The notes: generated from the letters alone by a model not told the origin. DNA of 64,000 nucleotides from Candidatus Omnitrophota bacterium (GCA_050012075.1 JBEKHW010000001.1:4766-68765); one strand, 5' to 3'; positions 29,153-40,168 are shown, counted from the first letter of the stretch. A program made the numbers and translations.

Positions 29153-29585
29153 GTGCCGCCCCTCCTTTATCTTTTTCCAGCTCCGCGAGGTAAGCAATCA
29201 TCCTCTGTAATTCATTCTTGATATTCCTTACCTTTAAAACTGACTTAATGCGTAGTAACAGGTCTGTCTTATCAACGGGCTTATTGATAAAATCCGTGGC
29301 GCCCGCGGTCAAACTGTTCTCCTTTTCGCTGGGGTAAGCCGTAACCATGAGTATTGGGATTTCTTTCGTCTCTTCTTCCTTCCTTAAAGCCCGGCAGACC
29401 TCTATTCCGTTAAGGCCAGGCATAAAATAATCAAGGACTATGAGGTCTGGCTTTTGCGCCTTAGCAACCTCTAACGCCTCGACACCATCCTTGGCAATAA
29501 TAACCCCGTAGCCTTCCCTGGTGAGGATATTTTCTATCGCCCTTTGTATATCAACATCATCATCGGCATACATTACTCGTTCCAT
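29142..29585 (-). CDS. single-domain response regulator receiver
   Basis: ADDD, LDYFMPGLNG, VTA and KP motifs. Confidence 0.9.
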   Translation of the reverse strand: MERVMYADDDVDIQRAIENILTREGYGVIIAKDGVEALEVAKAQKPDLIVLDYFMPGLNGIEVCRALRKEEETKEIPILMVTAYPSEKENSLTAGATDFINKPVDKTDLLLRIKSVLKVRNIKNELQRMIAYLAELEKDKGGAAHEE

Positions 29586-29597
29586 ATAGCCTCCTTA

Positions 29598-29657
29598 AAT
29601 GAACAGACAACTTATGGAGCGCCACAGGCGCGACATAAGTTGTAGCGTCTCTCATTT
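29598..29657. repeat. family C-like hairpin
   Basis: ACAACTTATG...CATAAGTTGT stem with GAGC/GCGA asymmetry. Confidence 0.55.
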
Positions 29658-29682
29658 TACTTATCTATCAGCGTCTGCGAAG

Positions 29683-30939
29683 TTACGTCCCCAACTCCCA
29701 ACTGGCTAAATATTTCTTCTGTTCAGGGGTTAAACTGTCTATCTTTATCCCTAACGATTTTAATTTAAGCGCTGCGATACCTGCGTCGATATCCTGCGGC
29801 ACGGAATATACCTGCGGTGCCAGCTTTCTGTGGTTACGGCACAAGTATTGCGCCGAAAGCGCCTGGTTCGCAAAGGACATATCCATTACCTGCGCGGGAT
29901 GGCCTTCTGCGGCTGCCAGGTTTATCAACCGGCCTTCGCCCAGAAGATAAATCTTGCGCCCATCCCTTAGAATATATTCAACCGTAAAATCGCGGATCTC
30001 CTTTTTCTTTTTGCTCAATTTTTCGAGGGCCCCGATTTCAAGCTCTACATTAAAATGCCCGGAATTACAGACTATTGCCCCGTCTTTCATTATCTGGAAA
30101 TGCTCCTTGCGGATGACATTAATATCTCCTGTCACGGTTACAAAAATATCGCCTATCCGCGCCGCATCCTTAATCGGCATCGCGCGGAAGCCATCCATTG
30201 TCGCCTCAAGCGCCCTTAAGGGATCCACTTCAACGACAATCACATTAGCGCCCATTCCTTTTGCGCGCATGGCCACACCCTTACCGCACCAGCCGTAACC
30301 GGCTACCACAAAATTACTTCCCGCGATTAATTTATTGGTCGCCCGGACTATGCCGTCTATTGTTGATTGCCCTGTGCCGTAACGGTTGTCAAAAAGATGC
30401 TTTGTCTGGGCATCATTTACCGCGATGATAGGATAACGCAGCTTCCCTTCTTCTGCCAATGCCTTAAGCCGGATTACGCCGGTAGTCGTCTCTTCTGTGC
30501 CTCCGATAATATTACGGTGCGCATAGGAGACCCTGCGGTGAATACTGCTTACCAGGTCCGCTCCGTCATCCATGGTGATATCGGGTTTTGCTGCCAGGAC
30601 CGCTTCAATATGCTTATAATAGGTCTTTGTATCCTCGCCTTTAATCGAGAAAACAGAAATCTTCAAATTCTTTGCCAAAGATGCGGCGACATCATCCTGC
30701 GTTGATAAAGGGTTTGACGCGCAAAGATAAATTTCGGCGCCACCAGCTTTCAATACCTCCATAAGAACCCCGGTTTCCGTAGTTACATGGAGGCAGGCCG
30801 CGACCTTCCTGCCTTTTAAAGGCATTTCTTTTTTAAAGCGCTGGGCAAGTAAACCCAGGACAGGCATATTGTTGCGCGCCCATTCAATTCGCAACGCTCC
30901 TTTTTTAGCTAATTTCAAATCTTTAACATCATAGTTCAT
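29683..30939 (-). CDS. ahcY: S-adenosylhomocysteine hydrolase
   Basis: [40 protein letters not shown] and [11 protein letters not shown] motifs. Confidence 0.96.
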   Translation of the reverse strand: MNYDVKDLKLAKKGALRIEWARNNMPVLGLLAQRFKKEMPLKGRKVAACLHVTTETGVLMEVLKAGGAEIYLCASNPLSTQDDVAASLAKNLKISVFSIKGEDTKTYYKHIEAVLAAKPDITMDDGADLVSSIHRRVSYAHRNIIGGTEETTTGVIRLKALAEEGKLRYPIIAVNDAQTKHLFDNRYGTGQSTIDGIVRATNKLIAGSNFVVAGYGWCGKGVAMRAKGMGANVIVVEVDPLRALEATMDGFRAMPIKDAARIGDIFVTVTGDINVIRKEHFQIMKDGAIVCNSGHFNVELEIGALEKLSKKKKEIRDFTVEYILRDGRKIYLLGEGRLINLAAAEGHPAQVMDMSFANQALSAQYLCRNHRKLAPQVYSVPQDIDAGIAALKLKSLGIKIDSLTPEQKKYLASWELGT

Positions 30940-31023
30940 ATATGCTCCTCGGGGTCACAATGTCACCGAGTCACAATGTCACATAAACCTTGTGACTTTG
31001 TGGCCTTGTGACTTTGTGACTAC

Positions 31024-32202
31024 TTACAAGCATTTGGCTTGTTTCTTTAGTGCAACTACTTTATCAGTTTTTTCCCAGGTAAACTCGGGTTCCGTTCTTC
31101 CAAAATGGCCGAAACATGCGGTCTTCCGGAATATCGGACGCAATAAATCCAATGAGCTGATTATGCCTCTCGGCGTCAGGTCAAAATTCTCGCGGATAAG
31201 CTGAACAAATTTTTCTTCGGATATTTTTCCGGTCCCATATGTCTCCACATAAATAGATAATGGGTCAGCATAGCCGATAACATAAGACAGCTGCACCATG
31301 AATTTGTCCGCTAACCCGGCGGCAACAATATTCTTTGCGATATAGCGGCACATATAAGCCGCTGAACGGTCTACTTTTGTCGGGTCTTTTCCGGAAAAAG
31401 CCCCTCCGCCGTGCGGTACAGTCCCGCCGTAAGTATCAACGATTATTTTTCTTCCGGTCATGCCGGTATCTGACTGCGGGCCGCCGATAACAAATTTTCC
31501 CGTCTGATTGACATAATATTTTGTATCTTTATCTATCCAGCCCTTTAATACGGGCTTTGCGATTACATCAATAAGTTCCTGGCGCGCCTTTGTTGTAATA
31601 TGCTTTCCTGTTTTATCCAGGATTTCATGGGTATGCTGGCAGGCGATTACCACAGAATCAATGCGCTTTGCTACGCCGTTATGGTATTCAAAAGTGACCT
31701 GCGATTTACAATCAGGCCCCAGGTATTTTAAAATATTCTCCTCACGCACTACGCTCATCCGTCTAACCAGTTTATGCGCGAATATTATGGGAAGCGGCAT
31801 AAATTCTTCTGTTTCGCGGCAGGCGTAGCCAAACATTATTCCCTGGTCTCCGGCGCCGCCCGCGTTAACGCCTTGCGCGATATCCGGAGATTGTGAATTT
31901 ATCGTATTGATAATGGCGCAGGTCTCGTAATCAAAGCCGTATTTCGGATGCGTGTAGCCGATTTCTTTGATAATCTTACGCGCGAGTTTCTGTATATCAA
32001 CATAGGCAGTAGTCGTGATCTCACCACCCACGACCAAAAGCCCCATAGTCACATAGGTCTCGCAGGCAACCCTGCTTCTTTCTTTATTGGGGTCGAGCTT
32101 TAAAACCTCATCCAAAACCCCGTCTGATATCTGGTCACAAACTTTATCCGGATGACCCATCCCCACCGACTCAGAAGTAAAAAAATGCTTACGCAAACTC
32201 AT
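31024..32202 (-). CDS. metK: S-adenosylmethionine synthetase
   Basis: [28 protein letters not shown] and GGGAFSGKD motifs. Confidence 0.97.
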   Translation of the reverse strand: MSLRKHFFTSESVGMGHPDKVCDQISDGVLDEVLKLDPNKERSRVACETYVTMGLLVVGGEITTTAYVDIQKLARKIIKEIGYTHPKYGFDYETCAIINTINSQSPDIAQGVNAGGAGDQGIMFGYACRETEEFMPLPIIFAHKLVRRMSVVREENILKYLGPDCKSQVTFEYHNGVAKRIDSVVIACQHTHEILDKTGKHITTKARQELIDVIAKPVLKGWIDKDTKYYVNQTGKFVIGGPQSDTGMTGRKIIVDTYGGTVPHGGGAFSGKDPTKVDRSAAYMCRYIAKNIVAAGLADKFMVQLSYVIGYADPLSIYVETYGTGKISEEKFVQLIRENFDLTPRGIISSLDLLRPIFRKTACFGHFGRTEPEFTWEKTDKVVALKKQAKCL

Positions 32203-32214
32203 CCCTCACCCTCC

Positions 32215-32272
32215 TTAAATAAGCCATGCCTATGGCGTTTATGGCTTATTTAACTCCACGCTATGCGTGGAG
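32215..32272. repeat. two-hairpin family A element
   Basis: TTAAATAAGCCAT-GCCTATGGCG-ATGGCTTATTTAA followed by CTCCACGC-TAT-GCGTGGAG. Confidence 0.8.
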
Positions 32273-32290
32273 CTTCATTTTAGTAATGTC

Positions 32291-33025
32291 TTAGAAATTC
32301 TCTTGTGCCAATCCGTAAAATTTATAATCTCCTATATCGTACCATTTACTGCCGAACGCGACGCCATATACGGCTTCCTTTTTCCTTAACCAGTCTATAT
32401 AAAAACCTGTGGCATCGGTCTTACCGTGGTAAGCTTCTTTATATTCTTTCATAAGGCCAAGCTTTTCTTTCGGGAAATAATACAGGCACATTGCTACGAG
32501 CGTTGACTCCGGCGCTTCCGGCTTCTCCTTGAAATCAACAATCCTTTTTTCATTATCCAGCTTGACTACTCCGTAGCGGCTGGCTTCTTTTATATCCCGG
32601 ATATCGTAAATTCCCATACTGACATTGGGAAGATGCCTAGAGGTAATATCAACGAAATCATTGAGAGAACCATCAAACAGATTATCTCCTCCCACGACCA
32701 GTAAATCTTCGCTTATGCTTTTTGCATTAACCACGAAATCTATGTCTCCGATTGCCCCGCGCCTGGTTGCGTTATCTTCGGTCAAATCATCCACCAAAGT
32801 AATTAATTTCTTTGCCGCCAGGCTACTCTTCCACTTATCAAAAAAAGGAAAAAATTTGCTGTTAGTGACCACAAAAATTTCATTTATCGCTTCTACCTTC
32901 TGGAGCCCGGATACGATATAATCGATTATCGGCCTGCCTTTTACCTCAAGAAGCGATTTCGGATATTCCTTGGTCAGGGGATAAAGGCGCGTGGCATAAC
33001 CGGCTGCTAATATCAGCGCTTTCAT
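32291..33025 (-). CDS. sugar-phosphate nucleotidyltransferase family protein
   Basis: LAAGYATRLYPLT...PK, GDN, EKP and WYDIG motifs. Confidence 0.88.
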   Translation of the reverse strand: MKALILAAGYATRLYPLTKEYPKSLLEVKGRPIIDYIVSGLQKVEAINEIFVVTNSKFFPFFDKWKSSLAAKKLITLVDDLTEDNATRRGAIGDIDFVVNAKSISEDLLVVGGDNLFDGSLNDFVDITSRHLPNVSMGIYDIRDIKEASRYGVVKLDNEKRIVDFKEKPEAPESTLVAMCLYYFPKEKLGLMKEYKEAYHGKTDATGFYIDWLRKKEAVYGVAFGSKWYDIGDYKFYGLAQENF

Positions 33026-33032
33026 TAAGAAA

Positions 33033-34103
33033 TCAACCTTTGGCTAACTGGTTTTTCAAATACGTGACCCTGTCTACCGGCGTAGGGTCGATACCGTAGA
33101 GTATAGCCAGATAATAAGAAACGAAATCGCCTATATAGGCCAGGGAAAGAATCCTCGCTAACAATTCTTCTCCGTGCGACCATACCTCTATTACCTTTAC
33201 CCCGTCTTTACGCAGGATGTCGGCGGTTATATCCATGCGTTTACTTGTGCGCGGGTGCATATCTTTATCCCTTAGCATTACCACCACAAAATCCTTGAAT
33301 AATTTTTTCGGCTGCTCCCACCCGACAATCTCATTGTGGTTCATCTCCGGAAAAACATGGGAAGAGGCAAGCGCCTTGGAATTCTCGGCAAGCTGTCCTC
33401 TCATACGCGTAGCGCATATGTCAAAATGAATAGACGCGGAATATATGACGGTAAATTTATTAAAAATACTGTTTGCCAGGGATTTCGCTATATTATCCTT
33501 CAGTCCTATTTCCGGCGTAAGCACCCTGTCACGCAGATCTTCCAGCACTTTTATTGCCCCTTTTATCGCAAGCCCTGTATCCTTGATTATCCCTAATTTA
33601 CCTAAGACGCAGAGAGGAATTATACTCTGGTAACCCAGCGCGCAGCGCGGGGGAATGCCCTTGGGTATCTCGATAAAGGTTACATTATCGCGTACGGCCA
33701 GTTCCTTGATCTTTCCTCCTGATGAAAGCGCGATAATCGTAGCGCCCTTTTTTCTTGCCTCCTGATACGCGCTTAATGTCTCTTCGGTATTGCCGGAATA
33801 ACTGGCTATAAATACAAGGCTTGAGGCATTAACATAAGCCGGCAGCGTATATTCGCGTAACACCGTGATAGGGAGGCTACAATCAGAATACAGGTATGAC
33901 CTGACTAAATCCGCGCCGATGGCAGAACCGCCCAAGCCGGCAAAGACAATCTTCCCAAAATCTCTTTTTGCAAATCTTATGCTTGCCCTTTCCCCTATAT
34001 CCTTGGCATAAGAGCACTGCTGGGGAAAATCAAGCAAAAGTGTAAGCATCTTAGATTTATCCAGTTTCTTTATAGCTGCTGCTGAAAGGCTGGACTTCTT
34101 CAT
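33033..34103 (-). CDS. bifunctional phosphoglucose/phosphomannose isomerase
   Basis: [24 protein letters not shown] and PEMNHNEI motifs. Confidence 0.92.
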   Translation of the reverse strand: MKKSSLSAAAIKKLDKSKMLTLLLDFPQQCSYAKDIGERASIRFAKRDFGKIVFAGLGGSAIGADLVRSYLYSDCSLPITVLREYTLPAYVNASSLVFIASYSGNTEETLSAYQEARKKGATIIALSSGGKIKELAVRDNVTFIEIPKGIPPRCALGYQSIIPLCVLGKLGIIKDTGLAIKGAIKVLEDLRDRVLTPEIGLKDNIAKSLANSIFNKFTVIYSASIHFDICATRMRGQLAENSKALASSHVFPEMNHNEIVGWEQPKKLFKDFVVVMLRDKDMHPRTSKRMDITADILRKDGVKVIEVWSHGEELLARILSLAYIGDFVSYYLAILYGIDPTPVDRVTYLKNQLAKG

Positions 34104-35830
34104 GCAATAACCTCCCTGAATTTAATCTGCGCGAACTCTTCTACTTCCTTACCGGTTGATAGTTTAAGCGCGTTGTTGGCAATGCTTCGCGCCTCCTTGA
34201 GGCTCACTGCACGGATAATATATTTTATCTGCGGGATTACCTGGGGCGGCATGCTGAATTCATCCAACCCCAAACCCAGAAGTATCAGCGCGAAACTGGG
34301 CTCTCCTGCCATTTCTCCGCACATACCCACCTTTATATTTGCCTGATGGGCAAATACTATAATGTTCCTAATCAGGCGTAATACTGCCGGATGTGCCGGC
34401 TCATAAAGATATGCCACCTTTTCATTCACGCGGTCTACGGCCAGCGCATATTGAATGAGGTCATTTGTGCCTATACTGAAGAAGTCGGCTTCCTCCGCCA
34501 GTATATCGGCGGTCATAGCCGCGGAAGGCACCTCAATCATTACTCCGGTCTGGATATCCTCGTTAAAAGGGATATTCTTGTCACGCAATTCCCCTTTTAC
34601 ATCCTCCAGGACCTGGTTTGCCTGTTTTAACTCTTCGATACCGGAAATCATGGGATACATAAGCTTAAGATTCCCATGGGCAGATGCACGCAGTATCGCC
34701 CTTAACTGAACTTTAAAAATATCCTGGCGCGCAAGGCAGAACCTGATAGCCCGCCATCCTAAAAAGGGCTCCATCTCGTGCGGTATCTCAAATTGGGAAA
34801 GGAATTTATCGCCCCCCAAGTCCAGCGTGCGGATAATCACTGAATTTGGCTGCATAGCTTCAGCCACGTATTTATAGGCCTGGTAATGCTCCTCTTCAGA
34901 AGGCATATCCTTCCTGTTCATATAGAAAAACTCCGTGCGGTACAGGCCTATTCCCTGTGCGCCATGCAATTTAACAGAAGCAACCTCATCCGGAAATTCG
35001 ATGTTGGCTGATATCTCCACAGTATGATTATCGGGAGTGATTGCAGGCAGATCCTTGGCAGTGAGGAATCTTTCTGTGATACCGAGCATCCGCTTTTCTT
35101 CTTCCTGATAATTCCGCAGCGTCTCTTCATCGGGATTAATAATGACAATGCCCATACTGCCGTCTACTATCAGGATATCTCCGGAATTGATTTTCGAAGT
35201 TACCTCTTCAACTCCCACTACCGCAGGTATCTCTAATGCCTTTGCCATAATCGCGGTGTGCGACGTCTTTCCTCCGATATCTGTGATAAAGGCGCTGACA
35301 CTCTGCTTATGCATGGCTGCGGTATCTGATGGTGAAAGGTCATGGGCAACTACAATCACCCGTTCCTTTAAATCAGCAAGTGCCGTGCGCGGCTTGCCTA
35401 AGAGGTGGCGCAGTATGCGCTTACCCACATCGTTTATATCGGCGACCCGCTCTCTCAAATATTCATCTTCTATCTTGGAAAATACCTCGATATATTTCTT
35501 CATAACTTCCGAGAATATGAAGGCGACATTCAGGCGCTCTTTTTTGAGCCGCGAAATAACTTCCTCGATTAACATGCGGTCTTCTAAGACCAAAAGATGC
35601 GCGTCAAAAATCTGCGCCTCATCCTGGCCCATCTCAGCGCCTATCTTCTTCTGCAGTTCGATTATCTCGCGGCGGGTCCTGATCAATGCTTCTTCAAAGA
35701 GCTGTATCTGCAGCGGTATGTCCTGCTCGCCGATCTCCTCCCTCGGGATAATAAATTCCTCTTTACCGACCCTGTAGGCGGGGCCGATACTTATGCCTGA
35801 AGCCGCGGCTATGCCTTTGAGCTTAATCAT
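34100..35830 (-). CDS. ptsI: PTS enzyme I (phosphoenolpyruvate-protein phosphotransferase)
   Basis: [31 protein letters not shown] and GMCGE motifs. Confidence 0.95.
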   Translation of the reverse strand: MIKLKGIAAASGISIGPAYRVGKEEFIIPREEIGEQDIPLQIQLFEEALIRTRREIIELQKKIGAEMGQDEAQIFDAHLLVLEDRMLIEEVISRLKKERLNVAFIFSEVMKKYIEVFSKIEDEYLRERVADINDVGKRILRHLLGKPRTALADLKERVIVVAHDLSPSDTAAMHKQSVSAFITDIGGKTSHTAIMAKALEIPAVVGVEEVTSKINSGDILIVDGSMGIVIINPDEETLRNYQEEEKRMLGITERFLTAKDLPAITPDNHTVEISANIEFPDEVASVKLHGAQGIGLYRTEFFYMNRKDMPSEEEHYQAYKYVAEAMQPNSVIIRTLDLGGDKFLSQFEIPHEMEPFLGWRAIRFCLARQDIFKVQLRAILRASAHGNLKLMYPMISGIEELKQANQVLEDVKGELRDKNIPFNEDIQTGVMIEVPSAAMTADILAEEADFFSIGTNDLIQYALAVDRVNEKVAYLYEPAHPAVLRLIRNIIVFAHQANIKVGMCGEMAGEPSFALILLGLGLDEFSMPPQVIPQIKYIIRAVSLKEARSIANNALKLSTGKEVEEFAQIKFREVIA

Positions 35831-36096
35831 AAATCTTGTTCTCCAGAAAGAAGCTTCTCTAATTCCACGATGGCTGTTTCGGCGTCCTCTCCGTCTGCTT
35901 CTATAATAATAGTGCTGCCCTTTTCAGCGCCCAGCATCAGTATCCCCATAATGGATTTGCCGTTAACTTCTTCTTCCTCGCGCCTTATGGTTATACGCGA
36001 ATCGAATTTATTAGCTATCTGGACAAAGATAGCCGCCGGACGTGCATGCAGGCCCTGTTTATTATTTACAATTACGCTCTTTTTTATCACTGGCAT
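35827..36096 (-). CDS. ptsH: phosphocarrier protein HPr
   Basis: GLHARPA and GKSIMG motifs. Confidence 0.95.
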   Translation of the reverse strand: MPVIKKSVIVNNKQGLHARPAAIFVQIANKFDSRITIRREEEEVNGKSIMGILMLGAEKGSTIIIEADGEDAETAIVELEKLLSGEQDL

Positions 36097-37337
36097 CAGA
36101 TCTCTTCCATAAGGCCTACGATTATTTTGGCCAATCTCACAGGGTCGTGCCGGATAACATCGTCTTCTACTATCGCGAAATTATCTTCGATAACCCTGTA
36201 ACCCATATTTTCAACTTTCTTCCGGTCATTGATAACCAGGTATGAATCCTGCGCAGAATAGCGTTTCAGGGTCCCTGCCGGTATCTCTCCTGTATTTATA
36301 ATGCAATAGTCAAATACCTTAGGATGCGCATGCGCTACCAGCGCATTTATATGGTCCGAGGCGGTATAGCCGTCTGTCTCTCCCGGCTGGGTCATGACAT
36401 TACAGACATATACCTTGATTGCGCCCGAAGAAGCAATTGCCTCTGTAATTTCCTTTATCAATAGGTTCGGGATGATACTTGTATAAAGCGAACCCGGGCC
36501 CAGGATTATAAGTTGGGCTTCCTTTATCGCCTTAAGCGCATCGGGAGTCGGCTGCGGCGCGGCCGGTTCAAGGGAAACCCTGTTAATGGACCTGCGGCTC
36601 TTGGGTATTTTGTTCTCACCTACGGTCGTAGAGCCGTCATCGTGCTTTGCCAAAAGTACTACGTTATTCAAGGTAGAAGGAATAACCTGTCCCCGCAGCG
36701 CCAATACCTTGCTTGTCTCTTTTATCGCTTTCTCGAAATCTCCGGTCAGCTGCGTCATGACGGTAATAAACAGGTTCCCGAAACTGTGACCCGATAGCTC
36801 AGAGTTCGTATCGAAACGGAACTGGAATAAATCACGCATAAGGGCCGGCGCATCAGCCAGGGCTACCAGGCAGTTGCGGATATCTCCGGGCGGAAGTATG
36901 TCAAACTCCTGGCGCAGCCTCCCCGAAGAGCCGCCGTCATCAGCAACGGTAACCACTGCGGTAATATTAGCGGTGTATTCCTTAAGGCCGCTTAATAAAA
37001 CTGAAAGCCCTGTCCCCCCTCCGACTGCCACGATCCGGGGCCCGCGGCTTAATTGTTTCTTCTTATATAGAATATCGACGAGCTCAGTACCCCGCGAAGA
37101 GGGCATAAAGACATTGATAAAAGAACGCATCATCCGCTTTATGCCTAATACGAGAATTATAATTCCGGAAAACACTATTGTCGCGTCCAAAAGCTGTAAA
37201 AGCCAATACTCGTCGGAGCGTAAATGCGCTGTGCCAAAAATAAGTAGTAGCACCCCGAAAGCGCCGAACATTATCCAGCGCTTGATGCCTATTCCCGGGT
37301 AAAGCCATTTGAATATCCGACTGATTCTTGCCAGCAT
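36096..37337 (-). CDS. yvcK: YvcK/GlmR (CofD-like) gluconeogenesis factor with N-terminal TM segments
   Basis: GGGTGLS, DDGGSSGRLR, PPGDIRN and GPGSLYTS motifs. Confidence 0.9.
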   Translation of the reverse strand: MLARISRIFKWLYPGIGIKRWIMFGAFGVLLLIFGTAHLRSDEYWLLQLLDATIVFSGIIILVLGIKRMMRSFINVFMPSSRGTELVDILYKKKQLSRGPRIVAVGGGTGLSVLLSGLKEYTANITAVVTVADDGGSSGRLRQEFDILPPGDIRNCLVALADAPALMRDLFQFRFDTNSELSGHSFGNLFITVMTQLTGDFEKAIKETSKVLALRGQVIPSTLNNVVLLAKHDDGSTTVGENKIPKSRRSINRVSLEPAAPQPTPDALKAIKEAQLIILGPGSLYTSIIPNLLIKEITEAIASSGAIKVYVCNVMTQPGETDGYTASDHINALVAHAHPKVFDYCIINTGEIPAGTLKRYSAQDSYLVINDRKKVENMGYRVIEDNFAIVEDDVIRHDPVRLAKIIVGLMEEI

Positions 37338-37367
37338 TAAATCAACCCTTCCTTAAAATATTTGATT

Positions 37368-37838
37368 TTAAGGTTTCTTTTCGTCTTCTTGAGCAATAAT
37401 CTTCAACACCGACTTATCATCGGTAGAGCTGCGCAGGGTGTCGCGGAAATATTTATCTTTGAGCAGGCGCGAAATACGGGCAAGCGCCTTAAGATGAGGC
37501 CCCGCGGAATCCTGCGGTGCCACTAACAGAAAAAATATATAAGCCGGTTCTCCGTCTAGTGAATCAAAATCCACGCCTTTCTTGGAAAGGCCAAAAGCCG
37601 CTATCAGGCTGTCTACGCATTCGGACTTTGCGTGAGGTATAGCAATACCCTGGCCTATGGCGGTTGAACCCAACGCCTCCCTGGCCATAAGAGCATCAAT
37701 TAGTTTGGCGCGGTAGCGTTTTTCGATATCGCCTGCGTCAACAAGAGCATCTACCAGCTCTCTAATTACCTCCTCTTTCTTAGTCGCTTTTATATCCATT
37801 ACGATTGCTTTTTTCGAAAGAAAATCCATAACTAGCAT
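37368..37838 (-). CDS. PTS EIIA component (fructose/Ntr type)
   Basis: REALGSTAIGQGIAIPH and HLKALARISR motifs. Confidence 0.9.
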   Translation of the reverse strand: MLVMDFLSKKAIVMDIKATKKEEVIRELVDALVDAGDIEKRYRAKLIDALMAREALGSTAIGQGIAIPHAKSECVDSLIAAFGLSKKGVDFDSLDGEPAYIFFLLVAPQDSAGPHLKALARISRLLKDKYFRDTLRSSTDDKSVLKIIAQEDEKKP

Positions 37839-37854
37839 AATACGCTCCTTTTAA

Positions 37855-37962
37855 TGAGCACTAAACTTACGATCCGCCGTAGGCGGAGAGTAAGTTTATG
37901 TGCGAATTAATCCCACACCCAGCCAGTAAGCTTACATAGCTATAGTTTTCTGGGTGTGGGAT
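37855..37962. mobile_element. gene-less copy of the GIY-YIG-associated element
   Basis: ATGAGCAC..ACTTACG...GTAAGT..TGTGCGAATT hairpin followed by IR ATCCCACACCCAG / CTGGGTGTGGGAT around 27 bp. Confidence 0.6.
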
Positions 37963-38182
37963 ACCCGATTACGATTTAAAAAGAACAGTCCCCTGCCTTC
38001 AATTTTTGTTTGCCCATACAACTTACGTTCGCTTCGTTCCGTAAGTATCTTGTACCTCGCTTAAACACTTGTACTTTTCTTTGAAAAGTACTACGTAAGC
38101 TCGGTATAAATTCGCAGACGGCCTTCGGCCTACGGCTTACGTTCGCTCAGCCTGTTCGCTCCGTAAGCCGTCTGCTCATTTA

Positions 38183-38255
38183 AGCGGGAGACGGGATTCG
38201 AACCCGCGACATTAACCTTGGCAAGGTTACGCTCTACCAACTGAGCCACTCCCGC
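38183..38255 (-). tRNA. tRNA-Gly(GCC)
   Basis: GCGGGAG acceptor stem, TGGTAGAGC D-arm, AACCT-TGCCAA-GGTT anticodon arm, GGTTCGAATCC T-arm. Confidence 0.95.
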
Positions 38256-38274
38256 GTTAAAATTAAAGCTCCCT

Positions 38275-38372
38275 TGATTTCGGCGTGCCTCTGGCGATTA
38301 CGCCGAAATCACACTTTGCTCTGCAAAGTGCTTGGCGCAATTGTTAATTTTACGCCGAGCCCTGCGAGGCGC
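38275..38372. repeat. two-hairpin family A element(s)
   Basis: TGATTTCGGCGT-GCCTCTGGCG-ACGCCGAAATCA followed by CACTTTGC-TCT-GCAAAGTG; then a partial second module. Confidence 0.8.
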
Positions 38373-38516
38373 ATACATTAACTATCCTAAGCCCTGCGCG
38401 ACCAAAATAAATTCTGGAAATTCTTTCCCCACACCACTTTAAGTTTTTAGCAGCGTTCAATTAAGAAACATATTATATCCGCCTGCGGCGGATAGCTGTT
38501 AAAAACTTGTCGTTCA

Positions 38517-38939
38517 TTACTGCTTATCGGAAGTTTCTCTAGGGGGAGTTATTATTTTCTTTATTAAATTGTCCCTGCTTCCGGAAAGAGCTATTGAAAT
38601 GCACAATAACATAAAAATCACAGAGAATAATGCCAGGATAAGATAAGTAAACACGAATAGCGAAACGGAAACCACTGTTTGCAGTTTTTTAAATAACCTA
38701 AGCGACTCTATCTTCAACTGCGCCTCTAAGGGGGTTACAGTTTTAATATTTGATAGGGCAGTGCCTGTCAGGGCAAGTTTATTCTGAATAACGACGGAGT
38801 TGCTTTCGCTTTTTTTAATAAAAATAGAGCTTAAAGAGATGAACAGTGCGCACAAAACCAATATTGCCAGTATCCTACGCTTACGTAAACTCCCCTGCTT
38901 AATAAGCTGTAATGTTTTTTCTTCTTTACTTGTCAGCAT
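38517..38939 (-). CDS. hypothetical membrane protein between tRNAs
   Basis: Two hydrophobic stretches; start trimmed to 38939 because the longer ORF overlaps tRNA-Leu. Confidence 0.5.
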   Translation of the reverse strand: MLTSKEEKTLQLIKQGSLRKRRILAILVLCALFISLSSIFIKKSESNSVVIQNKLALTGTALSNIKTVTPLEAQLKIESLRLFKKLQTVVSVSLFVFTYLILALFSVIFMLLCISIALSGSRDNLIKKIITPPRETSDKQ

Positions 38940-38953
38940 GGCTAATTTAGATA

Positions 38954-39034
38954 TGGGCGGAAGAGGAGTTGAACCTCCACGGGTTGCCCCACAAGGTCCT
39001 AAGCCTTGCGCGTCTGCCATTCCGCCATCCGCCC
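38954..39034 (-). tRNA. tRNA-Leu(TAG)
   Basis: GGGCGGA acceptor stem, CAAGG-CTTAGGA-CCTTG anticodon arm, long variable arm, GGTTCAACTCC T-arm. Confidence 0.95.
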
Positions 39035-39203
39035 GTAATTGGGCTTGTATTTGTCCGGGAAAGAACTTAATGCACTCCGCTCGCTAAACCGCTTGTCGCT
39101 TTGTTGAACGCTTAATTCACCCGCTATTTCCTATCGGTGAATTACACCGCGAAGCGGTGCTGCTTGAGTGCACTAAAATTTTCCCTTGTCGTGAAAATTT
39201 TAG

Positions 39204-39227
39204 TGAGCCTCCCGCGACTCTAACGCG
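39204..39227 (-). repeat. duplicate of the 3' end of tRNA-Lys (att-like)
   Basis: TGAGCCTCCCGCGACTCtAACGCG matches 39380-39403 with one mismatch. Confidence 0.8.
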
Positions 39228-39379
39228 TCGCTCCTCGCTAAAGCTTCGTCGCTCCCCAAAGGGGCTCTGCCCCTATGGCGCTCACTCACTCCGTTCGTTC
39301 GCTGTTACCCCGAAAGCGTGGGGAAAATATCTTTTCCCCACACCCCTTTTGCGTTCTCGTCGCGGGGACAGAAATTTAT

Positions 39380-39452
39380 TGAGCCTCCCGCGACTCGAAC
39401 GCGGCACAGCCACCTTAAAAGGGTGGTGCTCTACCAGATGAGCTAGAGGCCC
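39380..39452 (-). tRNA. tRNA-Lys(TTT)
   Basis: GGGCCTC acceptor stem, CCACC-CTTTTAA-GGTGG anticodon arm, GTTCGAGTC T-loop. Confidence 0.93.
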
Positions 39453-39596
39453 TAATTTTTCGATTCCGGACTCTATCCTGCGGCTATTGATTCAACAGGA
39501 TTAGAGGCCCAGATTTAGTTCATTGTTCATGGTTCATGGTTCATGGTTCATGGTTCATGGTTGTCCTGCTATGAACCATCCACTATGAACTATGAA

Positions 39597-40157
39597 CTAA
39601 AATTCAAGTATTTCTTTTTCTTTATTCTTTAAGAGCTCGTCAATCTTTGCGATATACTTATCGACAAGCTTTTGCAATTCATCTATCCCGCGAAACTTAT
39701 CGTCTTCTGAAATTGCCTTGTCTTTCTCAAGTTTCTCTAATGTTTCTTTGGAATCGCGCCGGATGGTGCGTAAAGACACCCTTCCTTCTTCCGTCATATT
39801 GTGCACCACTTTTGCCAACTCCTGGCGCCTCTCTTTTGAAAGCTGCGGGAATGACAATCGCACAACCTTGCCATCATTGGAAGGTGTAATGCCAAGATTA
39901 GATTTAAGGATAGCCTTCTCAATCTCGGGAACAGCCGAAACATCCCATGGTTGAATCATCAACAAGTGGGCATCCTGGGTAGAAATAGAGGCCAACTGTT
40001 TTAACAGGGTCGGGGCCCCATAATAATCAATATGCAGTCCTTCAACCAGATGAGGGCTTGCCCTTCCTGTGCGTATCTCGGAAAATTCACGGGTAACCGA
40101 ATCAAATGCCTTTTTCATTTTCTCTTCGGAGCTATGTAAGATTTCCTTAACTGTCAT
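39597..40157 (-). CDS. frr: ribosome recycling factor
   Basis: IRTGRAS, YYG, IQPWD, PSNDG and ERRQEL motifs. Confidence 0.96.
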   Translation of the reverse strand: MTVKEILHSSEEKMKKAFDSVTREFSEIRTGRASPHLVEGLHIDYYGAPTLLKQLASISTQDAHLLMIQPWDVSAVPEIEKAILKSNLGITPSNDGKVVRLSFPQLSKERRQELAKVVHNMTEEGRVSLRTIRRDSKETLEKLEKDKAISEDDKFRGIDELQKLVDKYIAKIDELLKNKEKEILEF

Positions 40158-40168
40158 GGCTCGTCCTC

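Noticed and set aside
32203-32290. SAM riboswitch upstream of metK
   Set aside because: No SAM-I/II consensus; the interval is explained by a family A repeat.
34100-37838. PTS cluster without EIIB/EIIC transporter as a novel system
   Set aside because: Transport-less regulatory PTS modules with yvcK are common and well described.
38940-39441. ORFs 38517-39020 (N-terminal extension), 38800-39087 and 39157-39441
   Set aside because: They overlap tRNA-Leu, tRNA-Lys and hairpin repeats.
39502-39510. 9-bp echo (TAGAGGCCC) of the tRNA-Lys 5' end
   Set aside because: Too short to distinguish from chance.
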